IMG/VR virus record: IMGVR_UViG_3300030379_000259
Source: a virus
Strand: one strand, 5' to 3'
Length of the DNA: 64,000 nt
Position numbers and translations under genes: made by a program. Shown piece by piece: positions 47,328 through 56,009 of the stretch; position 1 is the first letter of the stretch, and each line of letters begins with the position of its first letter. The notes beneath the pieces are model-generated. The model was not told the origin of the DNA. It saw only the letters and a list, made by a program, of their open reading frames with translations, and did not search any database.

Positions 47328-48296
47328 TTAAATAATATTTTTCTTGGCGAGCATCCAATAATGCTGCCCAAGCGCCGTAAGCTTACAGGATTTACGGTAA
47401 ATTGCAGCGTAATACATATGCTTTTCGCCGACTGGAACCACTAAATTCAATCTAACATAATGTTGCAAAACAGAAAAAATTAATTCATGCTCTTTATTGA
47501 CTTCTTTTGTGTCGGCTTCATGTTTATCTGGTTCATATGTTGGATCCAGTTTAAACTCAGCACTAGGCTCGTCAAAAAGCTCGGTAATGCGTCGAAGATC
47601 TTCGATAGAAATCGGAGGGTTATTTTTTCTCAAAGAAACAAAGTTCTTAATGTTCGCTTTAAATACTGGGCGCTGCTCCCACGGACCAAGCGATCTATCT
47701 ATGTAGGCGTATAGACTACCAGGAGACACATCGCCAAGCAAATTCATCGCGCCACCCATCAATGCTTCAACTAACAACGAAGTGAAAACCCCTGAGCCGT
47801 TATTCTCAGATGCAACATCATGAGCCTCACACGCAGCTAACACTACCGTGCCGTCATATATTACAGAGCGATCGGGCGTTGCTGCATAACTTGCTATCGA
47901 TCCACTGCAACAACTATCTAAAATAATGATCTTATTTTGTGCTTTAGAAGCAGCAGCAAGATTCATCACATCATTTAACGGAAACCCATCACCAACGTCT
48001 CTCACTTCACTTGTACATAAATATCCACCAACAGAATCAAAGGATCCATGCCCAGCAAAGTAGAACAACGATACCTCTGTTTCACTTTTAAATAACTCTT
48101 CAACAGCCGCTTTAAGCTGTGATCTAGAGATACGCGAGTCTTTACTGGTGGCACACATTTTTTTTACTCCAAAATTCATTGTGCCATCTGCGTTTCTTTC
48201 CAATACTGTTCCAACAGCATTCGCATCGTTTACACAACCGCTAAGATTTGGCACGTGTTCATAGTTATCAATTCCAACACACAGTGCTTTTCTCAT
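47328..48296 (-). CDS. caspase-like cysteine peptidase (C14 family)
   Basis: N-terminal ALCVGIDNYEHVPNLSGCVNDA; catalytic His in YFAGHG and catalytic Cys in LDSCCSG; AAAGGAA RBS. Confidence 0.75.
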   Translation of the reverse strand: MRKALCVGIDNYEHVPNLSGCVNDANAVGTVLERNADGTMNFGVKKMCATSKDSRISRSQLKAAVEELFKSETEVSLFYFAGHGSFDSVGGYLCTSEVRDVGDGFPLNDVMNLAAASKAQNKIIILDSCCSGSIASYAATPDRSVIYDGTVVLAACEAHDVASENNGSGVFTSLLVEALMGGAMNLLGDVSPGSLYAYIDRSLGPWEQRPVFKANIKNFVSLRKNNPPISIEDLRRITELFDEPSAEFKLDPTYEPDKHEADTKEVNKEHELIFSVLQHYVRLNLVVPVGEKHMYYAAIYRKSCKLTALGQHYWMLAKKNII

Positions 48297-48575
48297 AATT
48301 TGTTCCTTTCTTTAAAATTCAATTTAACGTCCTACAGCAACCTTTCTCATAACATACATTACACAGCATTTATCCGTTTAGGGATTCAAAGCCTTAATAA
48401 ATCGCATTATAAATCACATGTTTTTGTTTTGCCATCAAATGAACACTGTGCAAATTCGCGATACTTGTGCATAAGTTATCACCATCCTTCCTAAATGTTT
48501 GTATATGTAACACATTTCACTTACAGCATACAATCAATGACAATATTTGTCAATGACTTATTGTAAAAATTATAC

Positions 48576-48600
48576 ATTTTATATACAATTTATATACAAT
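48576..48600. repeat. tandem TTATATACAA repeat in the caspase operon upstream region
   Basis: tttatatacaatttatatacaa; nearby near-palindrome TTGTCAATGACAA occurs twice. Confidence 0.4.
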
Positions 48601-48680
48601 GTTATCGTTAAATCAACATAGTGAGGCTCGCACCAAATCAACATATATTAACAACTCTTACATAATGATTTAAAGCAAAC

Positions 48681-48718
48681 AAAAAGGCCCTCCAAAAGGA
48701 GGGTCTATCAAAAAAATG
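48681..48718 (-). terminator. rho-independent terminator after the 48743 gene
   Basis: GGCCCUCC-AAAA-GGAGGGUC plus A/T runs. Confidence 0.6.
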
Positions 48719-48742
48719 ATCAAAGAAACCAAAAAACTAAAA

Positions 48743-49114
48743 TTAGTCGAATACTAGACACAAATCGGAATAACCACCACGGTCAATCCAGCAATAAGAA
48801 ATTCTGGTTCTACCATAATCAGTAACCATAAGATCCATCAAGCTTTCGTGATCTTCAGCGTATTCAAACCATGAATTTTTAAAGTCTTTGTAATAATAAT
48901 TCGACTTAGGATTACTGCTAAGAGTTCTAAACGAATGATTTTTCACCGCAACATCATATTCATGTGTCCCGGCATCTATCTTACGTACAGTTACAGTCTT
49001 TTTGTAACCGTATTTCTTTGCTACTTCATTTGTGGGTTTAAGCACATTATCAACAACCCACTGCTTTTGAGCAGCCGTCAGACTCTCTGAAGTATCTTCC
49101 AGGACCTTCACCAT
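48743..49114 (-). CDS. hypothetical protein
   Basis: ORF, 123 aa; weak RBS; start codon lies in a possible hairpin. Confidence 0.4.
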   Translation of the reverse strand: MVKVLEDTSESLTAAQKQWVVDNVLKPTNEVAKKYGYKKTVTVRKIDAGTHEYDVAVKNHSFRTLSSNPKSNYYYKDFKNSWFEYAEDHESLMDLMVTDYGRTRISYCWIDRGGYSDLCLVFD

Positions 49115-49134
49115 CTGAATATCGGTCCAAGCTG

Positions 49135-49873
49135 AATATGACGATAGGTAACCCTTTGATATTGTCTCTGGGTTTTCCCCCGCCCCACACCGTGCGTGCG
49201 ACTTTCACCGCACACGGCGCTCCATCAAACATGCAAATTCAAGTGAAACAAGATTTATGTTTTATATATTTTTTTGATAAAATGAATCTGTTTGACTTAG
49301 GGCCGTCCCTCCACGGTTTATTATCACCGCTTCATTGGTACCATGCCCCTACTCAGATATATCCCAAACCGTCTTTCTTCAAGTTTTGGCGACTTGTTTC
49401 CCCAACGGTTCCTGAACATCCCCATTGCAGTGGGTTCACATTTCAGTGGATACCTTTCTATACGTTCCGTTGTTATTATCTTTGCATATAGACTTAGGTC
49501 TACTCTATGAGCCAGTCAATCATTCAAAAGAACGGTCATATTGGGCTGACCGAGGATTGTCACTGTGTACATCGCTACCCATCCCCGATTGACGCTGCGT
49601 AGCAGCTCCTGCATTTCTACAGGCGGAAATATTGACCCGTACATTCGAGTATTCGTCAGTGCGCTCAGCGCACATTCTAACCATATCTATTTTATAGACG
49701 CCCGCACTATCCTTTGCAGCCCAACGGGCCTTTCGTGCACATTTCTTGTGCGACGGCAAATTTCATGCGACTTTTGCTGGCTTATAACCATTTGTTTCTG
49801 CAAGAACAAATCGCTATCAGCAGTATTAGCGGTCGGTTTCGAAGGACCATAACCTTCTCATTCCCGGACTCAC
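49135..49873 (-). ncRNA. group II intron-like ribozyme, class IIC-type, ORF-less (boundaries approximate)
   Basis: Minus strand 49220-49187 reads GCGCCGUGUGCGGU-GAAA-GUCGCACGCACGGUGU. This is a textbook domain V: 14-bp helix, GNRA loop, AC bulge, and CGC catalytic triad as in IIC introns. Candidate 5' end GUGAGUCCGGG at 49873. No RT ORF inside. A terminator-like hairpin lies just upstream at 49935-49965. Confidence 0.55.
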
Positions 49874-49934
49874 AACAACAGTTGGGTTGATTTTTTAATG
49901 GTATCTTTCAAAGTTTATACATAAGGAGAAGAAC

Positions 49935-49965
49935 AAAACCAGCATATTGCAAACCACATACAATG
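49935..49965 (-). terminator. terminator-like hairpin after the 50088 gene, just upstream of the intron-like element
   Basis: AUAUUGCAA..UUGCAAUAU 9-bp inverted repeat followed by GCUGGUUUUGUUCUUCU. Confidence 0.4.
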
Positions 49966-50087
49966 TTGCAATATATGTTGCGATATTATACATATTGGCA
50001 GTTGATTATTGTACTATCCATGTAAAAAAAATAAAGCCTTTGAAAAAATCGAATAACGAAAAACCAACCATTAACAACATTAAAAAA

Positions 50088-51908
50088 TCAATCCCCTGCA
50101 TTTTCATCACAATTGTGACTTATAGCAGAACGTTTCACACATACGCGCTTTCCATTGACAGTTTTGTAAGAACGAACACGAGCAGTATATTCTTTACCAC
50201 CCTTTAAAGAACTTGCTATAGCGGACAAATTAGATGTTGTAACAATACCAGCGGCAGAATCGTTTTTATAATTGTATGAATAGTAATGCGAAGCATACAG
50301 ATTCATCGAATAAATAACGCCATCCTTTTGCTCTTTGGTGCCAGTATATCCATCTTCACGACTATATTGCAACTGATACCCAGAAGCACCAGCAACTTTG
50401 TTCCAAGAACCCTTCAGCTTCTTATACTTAGGCGCGGACAGTTTGAAACCAGTAGGAGCGGCAGCAGGCGTTACCTTCTTGGTAGTCACAGCCTTTACTG
50501 TGGACCAGTTAGAATAATAAGTCACCTTTTTCTTGCCAACTTTTACGGTCTTGTAAGTCCGAACACGTACATAGTACTTCTTAGCACCGGAAAGGTTCTT
50601 TACAGTAGTAGAATAAGTCTTAGCCTTGGTCTTGGTGTTCTTCTTGGTGATTGTCTTAGCACCCTTGAAGTTGGAAGCTGTGCCATACTGAACCTGGTAG
50701 CCGGTTACACCGCTGTTTCTATTGTAGTTGGCAGTAAATGCATACTCACCAGACTTAACAGAATTCAACTTGACAGCCGGAACGCCCTTGGTCTTTACAG
50801 ATTTAGCCTGGCACCAACCGGAATACAGATTAACCTTCTTGCCACCCTGCTTTACCGTGCTGTACACTCTGGCTCGCACATAATAGGTTTTGTAATTACC
50901 AAGCTTAGAAAAAGACTTCTTGACATTCTTGTTGCCCTTAACAGTGACAGTCTTTACATTTTTCTTAAATGCTTTGTCTGTACTGTACTTGACCTGATAG
51001 CCGGTTGTCTTTTTCGTCTGCTTCTTCCACGTTACACCGAAACCCTGCATAGAAGCAGAAACTTTCTTAATGGCCGTACCCTTCGGAACAATTGCAAAAG
51101 ACTTGGAGATAGAACCGGAGTAATTGCCCTTGAAAGTAACCTTGGCGGTATACTTACCAATGTTCTTTGCCTTCGGCACAGATACCGTATAATCTCTACC
51201 GTTCTTTAGCACCTTGCCCTTAGAATTCTTTACAGTAACAGACGGCTTTTGAGTCTTGCCGTTGTATACAAAAGAGGTCTTTGAAAGGGCTACAGAGTAC
51301 TTAGAAGCAGAAGCCTTTTTAATGTCAAACTCTTTGCCATAAGAACCCAGATAATTCCCCTGGAAACGAACAGTGACCTTGCCCTTGCCAACATTGAGAT
51401 TGTTGGAATAGGACACAGTATAATCTTTACCGTCTACAAGATAGGAACCAAGATCGGCGGAATACACTGTCACCTTCGGCTTGATCGCGCCTCCAGTATA
51501 AGCATAGGACAAATAATTACTGTGTGCTTTCCCGTCGAAGCGGACATCACTGACTGCAAATCCATCAGCCTTATTTACCGTATATGCCTTTTCGATCTCT
51601 CCAGCATAATCACCAGTAAACTGGATCTTAAGACTGTATTGACCGGCATTGGTAGCAGTTTCAGGATATACAACCGTAAAATCCTTATCCTTCTGAAGTT
51701 CCGTCTTCGTTTCACCATCGACATACGCAACTTTTACATCAGGACAATGTGTTTTGCCATTGTAGATTTCTCGACCATTCGGAAAATCTACTACAGTGTT
51801 TTGTTCGTTCAATTGCGTTGGCTCACTTGCATATGCAACCACAGATGATGTAACAATCATCAGCAGCGCGAGAAAAAGTGAACCAAAACGTGTTAGATGC
51901 TTTTTCAT
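50088..51908 (-). CDS. secreted cell-surface protein with Ig-like repeats and FN3-like modules
   Basis: Signal peptide MKKHLTRFGSLFLALLMIVTSSVVAYA; repeated Y(T/N)GK..KP.VTV....G.DYTVSY...NVGK..VTV.F.GNY.GS units; FN3-like units ending YYVRARVYSTV / YYVRVRTYKTV. Confidence 0.65.
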   Translation of the reverse strand: MKKHLTRFGSLFLALLMIVTSSVVAYASEPTQLNEQNTVVDFPNGREIYNGKTHCPDVKVAYVDGETKTELQKDKDFTVVYPETATNAGQYSLKIQFTGDYAGEIEKAYTVNKADGFAVSDVRFDGKAHSNYLSYAYTGGAIKPKVTVYSADLGSYLVDGKDYTVSYSNNLNVGKGKVTVRFQGNYLGSYGKEFDIKKASASKYSVALSKTSFVYNGKTQKPSVTVKNSKGKVLKNGRDYTVSVPKAKNIGKYTAKVTFKGNYSGSISKSFAIVPKGTAIKKVSASMQGFGVTWKKQTKKTTGYQVKYSTDKAFKKNVKTVTVKGNKNVKKSFSKLGNYKTYYVRARVYSTVKQGGKKVNLYSGWCQAKSVKTKGVPAVKLNSVKSGEYAFTANYNRNSGVTGYQVQYGTASNFKGAKTITKKNTKTKAKTYSTTVKNLSGAKKYYVRVRTYKTVKVGKKKVTYYSNWSTVKAVTTKKVTPAAAPTGFKLSAPKYKKLKGSWNKVAGASGYQLQYSREDGYTGTKEQKDGVIYSMNLYASHYYSYNYKNDSAAGIVTTSNLSAIASSLKGGKEYTARVRSYKTVNGKRVCVKRSAISHNCDENAGD

Positions 51909-52309
51909 ATTAAGTTTTCATCCTTTCATAATTTGATTTGAGATTTATTATAAACAACAAAGAGCCCACACGTACACTTAAAACAAATGTATCATGTAGA
52001 CTCTTTGGTATTTAACGGAAATACAATTTATATAGCAGAACTATATATTAGAATTGTATCCTACATTAAACATTATGTCAAGGATATTTAGTTGTAATGT
52101 ATTTCTCGCCTCCAAAATCTTCGTGAAAATGAAAAGAACCGCCCCGAAAAGGACAGTTAATTGCTAAATTATCACCTTTCTCTTTTCTTTCCGTTTTATA
52201 GTAATACAATGTAAAACAAATGTCAAGAAAAAATCAGAAAAATGCGCAAAAAATCCGGGCTTTTATAGATACATAATAACACGCAATTTACTTGTTGTCA
52301 GATGGTTTC

Positions 52310-52744
52310 TTATATTTCAAGCTCACCATAGTACAAGGCCATGGAATCTTTGCTAACGATGTTAGGAGATTTAACACCAATTGGCACACAACGCCAAGCG
52401 AGTCTCCAAGGATCCTCCATAACAGCTAACTGACTTAGCCACCGCGCATCCTTATCACCATAAAAATCCAGCACTTTGTCAATGAAGTCCTTTTGATTGT
52501 CAGACAAGCAGTTTTCATTGCCGCGTTCATCAGAAGCGGATACAACAAACCTTCTTTCGTTTCTGTGAAACAGTTCAGGACACACTGGACCGCTGGCCCA
52601 AGCCTCGAAATCCTCGTCAAATAGAGGAGCATCATCCCATACCAAAGACCATGCCTGTGCATAATAACATAGTTTTTGTAGTTTCATGCAGGACATATCA
52701 CCACACTTTTGCAGGATGTATGCCGCCACATCGAATACGCTCAA
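52310..52744 (-). CDS. Panacea/DUF4065-like (SocA-type antitoxin-like) protein
   Basis: TTG start after AAGGTGG; SVFDVAAYILQKCGDMSCMKLQKLCYYAQAWSLVWD...PLFDEDFEAWASGPVCPELF matches the DUF4065 signature from memory. Confidence 0.5.
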   Translation of the reverse strand: MSVFDVAAYILQKCGDMSCMKLQKLCYYAQAWSLVWDDAPLFDEDFEAWASGPVCPELFHRNERRFVVSASDERGNENCLSDNQKDFIDKVLDFYGDKDARWLSQLAVMEDPWRLAWRCVPIGVKSPNIVSKDSMALYYGELEI

Positions 52745-52857
52745 CTTCAATCGCCACCTTATATTTTCATGCTTATTAATACTACAATTCCAGAAAAAGA
52801 GAAAAACCAACACACAAAAAAACCACCGAATTCTCGGTGGTTTCTGTATATTCTCTA

Positions 52858-53298
52858 TTATTTCTCTTCTGTCTCTAAATTGACAACCATCTTCTGCAAC
52901 ACAGATATCAGCGCATCTTTTTCTCCTTCATCGATTCTGAAAAAAAGCGTATGAGAGAAATTATTTGTAGCTTTGATAGCAGCCTTGGCAACATTGTTTG
53001 CCTGTTCAGTCAGTGCAACGCAAACTGCACGCCGGTCCACTGCATTGCGTTCCACGCTCACCAAGCCTTTTACTCTTAGGCTTTCTACATTGCGGCTGAT
53101 CATACCCTTCGAATAGTGAACACTCTCACTAATGTGCTTAACCGACAAAGGCTTCCCTTGCTGCATTAGGCAAGATAGGATATCCAACTCGCAAGTTGTG
53201 ACACCATACTCTGCAGCGACCTGTTTTGTTGCGTCCGAATACGCATTCATAATGAAGCTTGCCGCAGCGAGTAATTCGCCATTGTATTTTTTAGCCAT
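52858..53298 (-). CDS. MarR-family transcriptional regulator
   Basis: Start MAKKYNG after AAAGGA; winged-helix segment LSVKHISESVHYSKGMISRNVESLRVKGLVSVERNAVDRRAV. Confidence 0.65.
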   Translation of the reverse strand: MAKKYNGELLAAASFIMNAYSDATKQVAAEYGVTTCELDILSCLMQQGKPLSVKHISESVHYSKGMISRNVESLRVKGLVSVERNAVDRRAVCVALTEQANNVAKAAIKATNNFSHTLFFRIDEGEKDALISVLQKMVVNLETEEK

Positions 53299-53380
53299 AA
53301 TACAAGTCCTTTCTGATGTATCACGCTCTCCTCGTCCAACATCATAAAACACAATAATAAATTTGTCAATGAAAAATATA

Positions 53381-53412
53381 CGGCAAACAAAAAAGACCGA
53401 CGAAAAGTCGGT
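53381..53412 (-). terminator. rho-independent terminator after Flp pilin gene 2
   Basis: GACCGAC-UUUUC-GUCGGUC then UUUUUUGUUUG. Confidence 0.6.
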
Positions 53413-53423
53413 CTTAAATAATG

Positions 53424-53648
53424 TTAAGTCTGTGCTTTGTCAAAGCGATCTTTGGCACTCTTAAGAATGCCCCCGCCATCTTCGCTTTCGCCATCCCCCA
53501 TTGACTTCATAATAATCGCAACGACGGCAAAAGCAATTACAGCCGCCACGAATAGAATGAGCACCAACTCGGTGGTTTGTACAATAGCGGTTTTATTTAG
53601 TACCGCAGCCTTCAGATTGGCGTATTTACGCAAAAAATACTCTTTCAA
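53424..53648 (-). CDS. flp: Flp-family type IVb pilin-like protein (copy 2)
   Basis: TTG start after GGAGGTG; KTAIVQTTELVLILFVAAVIAFAVVAII resembles the Flp prepilin motif (polar leader, conserved Glu, hydrophobic helix); Gly-rich C-terminus. Confidence 0.5.
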   Translation of the reverse strand: MKEYFLRKYANLKAAVLNKTAIVQTTELVLILFVAAVIAFAVVAIIMKSMGDGESEDGGGILKSAKDRFDKAQT

Positions 53649-53670
53649 GGTTACACCTCCAGACAAAAGA

Positions 53671-53706
53671 AAATAGCCATCAGGACGAATCCCAACGGCT
53701 ATTTTT
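53671..53706 (-). terminator. intercistronic terminator/attenuator between the two pilin genes
   Basis: AAUAGCC..GGCUAUU 7-bp stem then UUUCUUUUGUC. Confidence 0.45.
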
Positions 53707-53731
53707 TAATTATAATGGAGTGAACGTCCGA

Positions 53732-53968
53732 TTAAGCCTTAGCCAGATCGGCGTCAGCCTTACCCTGAACCTTGTCCATCACACCACCGGCAATACCGGA
53801 GTTACCATCTTCACCAGTCAGCTTACTCTTCACCAGAGCACCAACAGCAAAAACGATGATCACAACGAACAGGATCAGAACCACGATCTCGGTAGACTGA
53901 GAAGCAGCCTCCTTGGAGATCAGAGCAGACTTGGCCTCAGCGGCCTTCCGCAGCATTTTGTTCTTCAT
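53732..53968 (-). CDS. flp: Flp-family type IVb pilin-like protein (copy 1, GC-richer codons)
   Basis: SKEAASQSTEIVVLILFVVIIVFAVGAL motif paralogous to copy 2; first gene after the TadC gene. Confidence 0.5.
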   Translation of the reverse strand: MKNKMLRKAAEAKSALISKEAASQSTEIVVLILFVVIIVFAVGALVKSKLTGEDGNSGIAGGVMDKVQGKADADLAKA

Positions 53969-53978
53969 TGGAATCTTA

Positions 53979-54005
53979 ACCTCCCTTCCAAGTTCGCTAA
54001 GGGAG
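53979..54005 (-). promoter_or_regulatory. SD-sequestering hairpin in the 5' UTR of Flp pilin gene 1
   Basis: mRNA CCUCCCUU-AGCGAACUUGG-AAGGGAGG; the 3' arm is the pilin SD (AAGGGAGG, 11 nt before AUG). Confidence 0.5.
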
Positions 54006-54131
54006 GCTCGTATTCAATTAAGAAGCAGAGCTTTTAGCTCCCTCATAATTGGGTATAGTCATATTTTGAAAAATTCGCCCTATTTTTTAAAAAAATCTCA
54101 AAAAATTTTTTAGTGAAAGTTCAGTGAATGT

Positions 54132-55022
54132 TTACAGCACACCGTTGCTCTTAAATTCTTCCATCAGCGTTAGAATCATACCGGTTAAAATCAATCCAAC
54201 AACTGCCAAAATCAACAGCATTGAGATCTTGGAGATCTTGCCAGGTTTCAGACTGTTCTGCTTACGAATACGCGTAAGTTCCGCTTTGTGAAGCTTTTCG
54301 TATAGCATCTCAAAATATAATGTCTGATTATCGCCGCGAACGATACCAAGCAAACCTACAGTAATTTGTGTCATAGTGGATGTTGAAATACGTCGGCTCA
54401 TATCTACTAGAGCCTGTTCTTGGTTGCCCGTCTTCATGTCTGTCAAAGTGTGCTCCAGTTCGTTTTTGAAGCTTGTAGACACACTTTCCTTACAAGAGGT
54501 TAAGATATCAATTACATTTCTGTTTTCCTCTTTAAGGGCATCAGATATAAACTTACAAAACAACGCAGCGTCATATTCAATATCTTCGCGTACCATTTTC
54601 ATTCTCTTAATAGGTCCGTTAAACTCATTTTTGAAAATGAAAGCCCCGAGAACCAAGCCGATGAGTCCAGCCCATGGCTTTATGGCCATAAAAGGCAGAC
54701 ACAAAATGGCTACAACAATTCCGGACGTCAAGGCATCACAAAAGTGCTGCTCAGGTGTTACGTTGTAATTAAAATAAGATAACGCTGCCTGAATTTGGTA
54801 TTTTGTGCTATCACTGAGCTCAACAAGCGGCAAAAATAATTTACTAATACCGCCCAGCAACTTGTTGATCAAGGTCTGGCTTTGAACATTGTCCAGTTTG
54901 TTAACTTCAGCCACCACAGTCTCGCTCTTTTGCGTTGGCATAGCTGAGACATATAACATCAGCATATAAATACCAAATGCGATTAGAGCGCCGGAGAGGC
55001 CATATAAAACATATGATAACAT
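54132..55022 (-). CDS. tadC: TadC-like pilus assembly inner-membrane protein (T2SS-F domain)
   Basis: Polytopic, T2SSF-like; downstream of TadB and TadA. Confidence 0.6.
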   Translation of the reverse strand: MLSYVLYGLSGALIAFGIYMLMLYVSAMPTQKSETVVAEVNKLDNVQSQTLINKLLGGISKLFLPLVELSDSTKYQIQAALSYFNYNVTPEQHFCDALTSGIVVAILCLPFMAIKPWAGLIGLVLGAFIFKNEFNGPIKRMKMVREDIEYDAALFCKFISDALKEENRNVIDILTSCKESVSTSFKNELEHTLTDMKTGNQEQALVDMSRRISTSTMTQITVGLLGIVRGDNQTLYFEMLYEKLHKAELTRIRKQNSLKPGKISKISMLLILAVVGLILTGMILTLMEEFKSNGVL

Positions 55023-55040
55023 AATCTTACTCCCCTCCTC

Positions 55041-56009
55041 TTAATCTTTGTTTCCGCGGAATTTAACAGGCTTTGCGATATGATTACCGGCAAAAAACAC
55101 AACAACAACCAAAAGTAGCGCAACAAACACTGCAATCTTACCTGGTGTGTCGTGGAATAGATGTCCAACAGCCTCTTTCTGCAAGAAATACAGAAGAACG
55201 GGTGTAAAGAACACAAAACCGATCATCATATACATCTCAACCTTACAGCTAAAGACTTCTGCGTCCAACTCATCCTGGATAGCACGATTATCAGCAAATT
55301 CATTTACATAGTTCTGCAAGGACGGAATAGAAGATCTATCGTTTAGACACACTAACACACGATCTACCCATTGTTGAAATGTTCGATTCTCAATCTTGGT
55401 TTTTAAGTTTACAAGAGCCGTTGCCAAACTTGCGCTTACCGATGTTGCCTCAAAGTAAAAGTCTTCAAAATAAGGCTTAACGGTTGGCGGCAGCGTATCC
55501 ATGCACTCACTTACCGACTGCAGTAAGTTCGTTGTGCGCGTATAAGAAATTGTAATCAGAGACAGCGCCGTCTCCAGTTCTTCTTCCAGCTTTTTGTTGT
55601 ATTTCCGATAACGGATCTTAACTAACTGGAACGGAATAATGAAGCCAACAGGCACAAGAACAATCGCAATTAATGGATTATCAATGGCAAAGCACGCGAT
55701 CAAAACCGCCATTGCAATAATGATAGCAAGCAATCTAATTTTTGGATATGCGTCAACCTTGTTCATCTTGGCTAAAATCAATTTTACATCAAAGAAATAG
55801 TTCTTAATGGCGTTTGTACCAAAGCTATTTTTACCATTGATGATGTCGATTTTATCCTTAAGAGACAAGTTATTGTGCAAAACAACTTTCTGCATTTCTC
55901 GCTTTTGAGATCTGTTTTTTGGTTTGTAAAAAACCAAAAACAGGCCAACCAAAATCAAGATTGCGCCAAGCCCGTAGGTAAAATAATTCAGCACATTCAA
56001 TGCAGGCAT
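55041..56009 (-). CDS. tadB: TadB-like pilus assembly inner-membrane protein (T2SS-F domain)
   Basis: Polytopic, T2SSF-like; start overlaps the TadA stop. Confidence 0.6.
   Translation of the reverse strand: MPALNVLNYFTYGLGAILILVGLFLVFYKPKNRSQKREMQKVVLHNNLSLKDKIDIINGKNSFGTNAIKNYFFDVKLILAKMNKVDAYPKIRLLAIIIAMAVLIACFAIDNPLIAIVLVPVGFIIPFQLVKIRYRKYNKKLEEELETALSLITISYTRTTNLLQSVSECMDTLPPTVKPYFEDFYFEATSVSASLATALVNLKTKIENRTFQQWVDRVLVCLNDRSSIPSLQNYVNEFADNRAIQDELDAEVFSCKVEMYMMIGFVFFTPVLLYFLQKEAVGHLFHDTPGKIAVFVALLLVVVVFFAGNHIAKPVKFRGNKD

Noticed and set aside
49138-49491. 117-aa plus-strand ORF
   Set aside because: Falls inside the structured intron-like RNA on the opposite strand; no RBS; proline/histidine-rich junk translation.
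50286-51209. 307-aa plus-strand ORF
   Set aside because: Antisense to the surface-protein gene 50088-51908; Leu/Ser/Arg-rich translation typical of reverse-frame artefacts, with no RBS.
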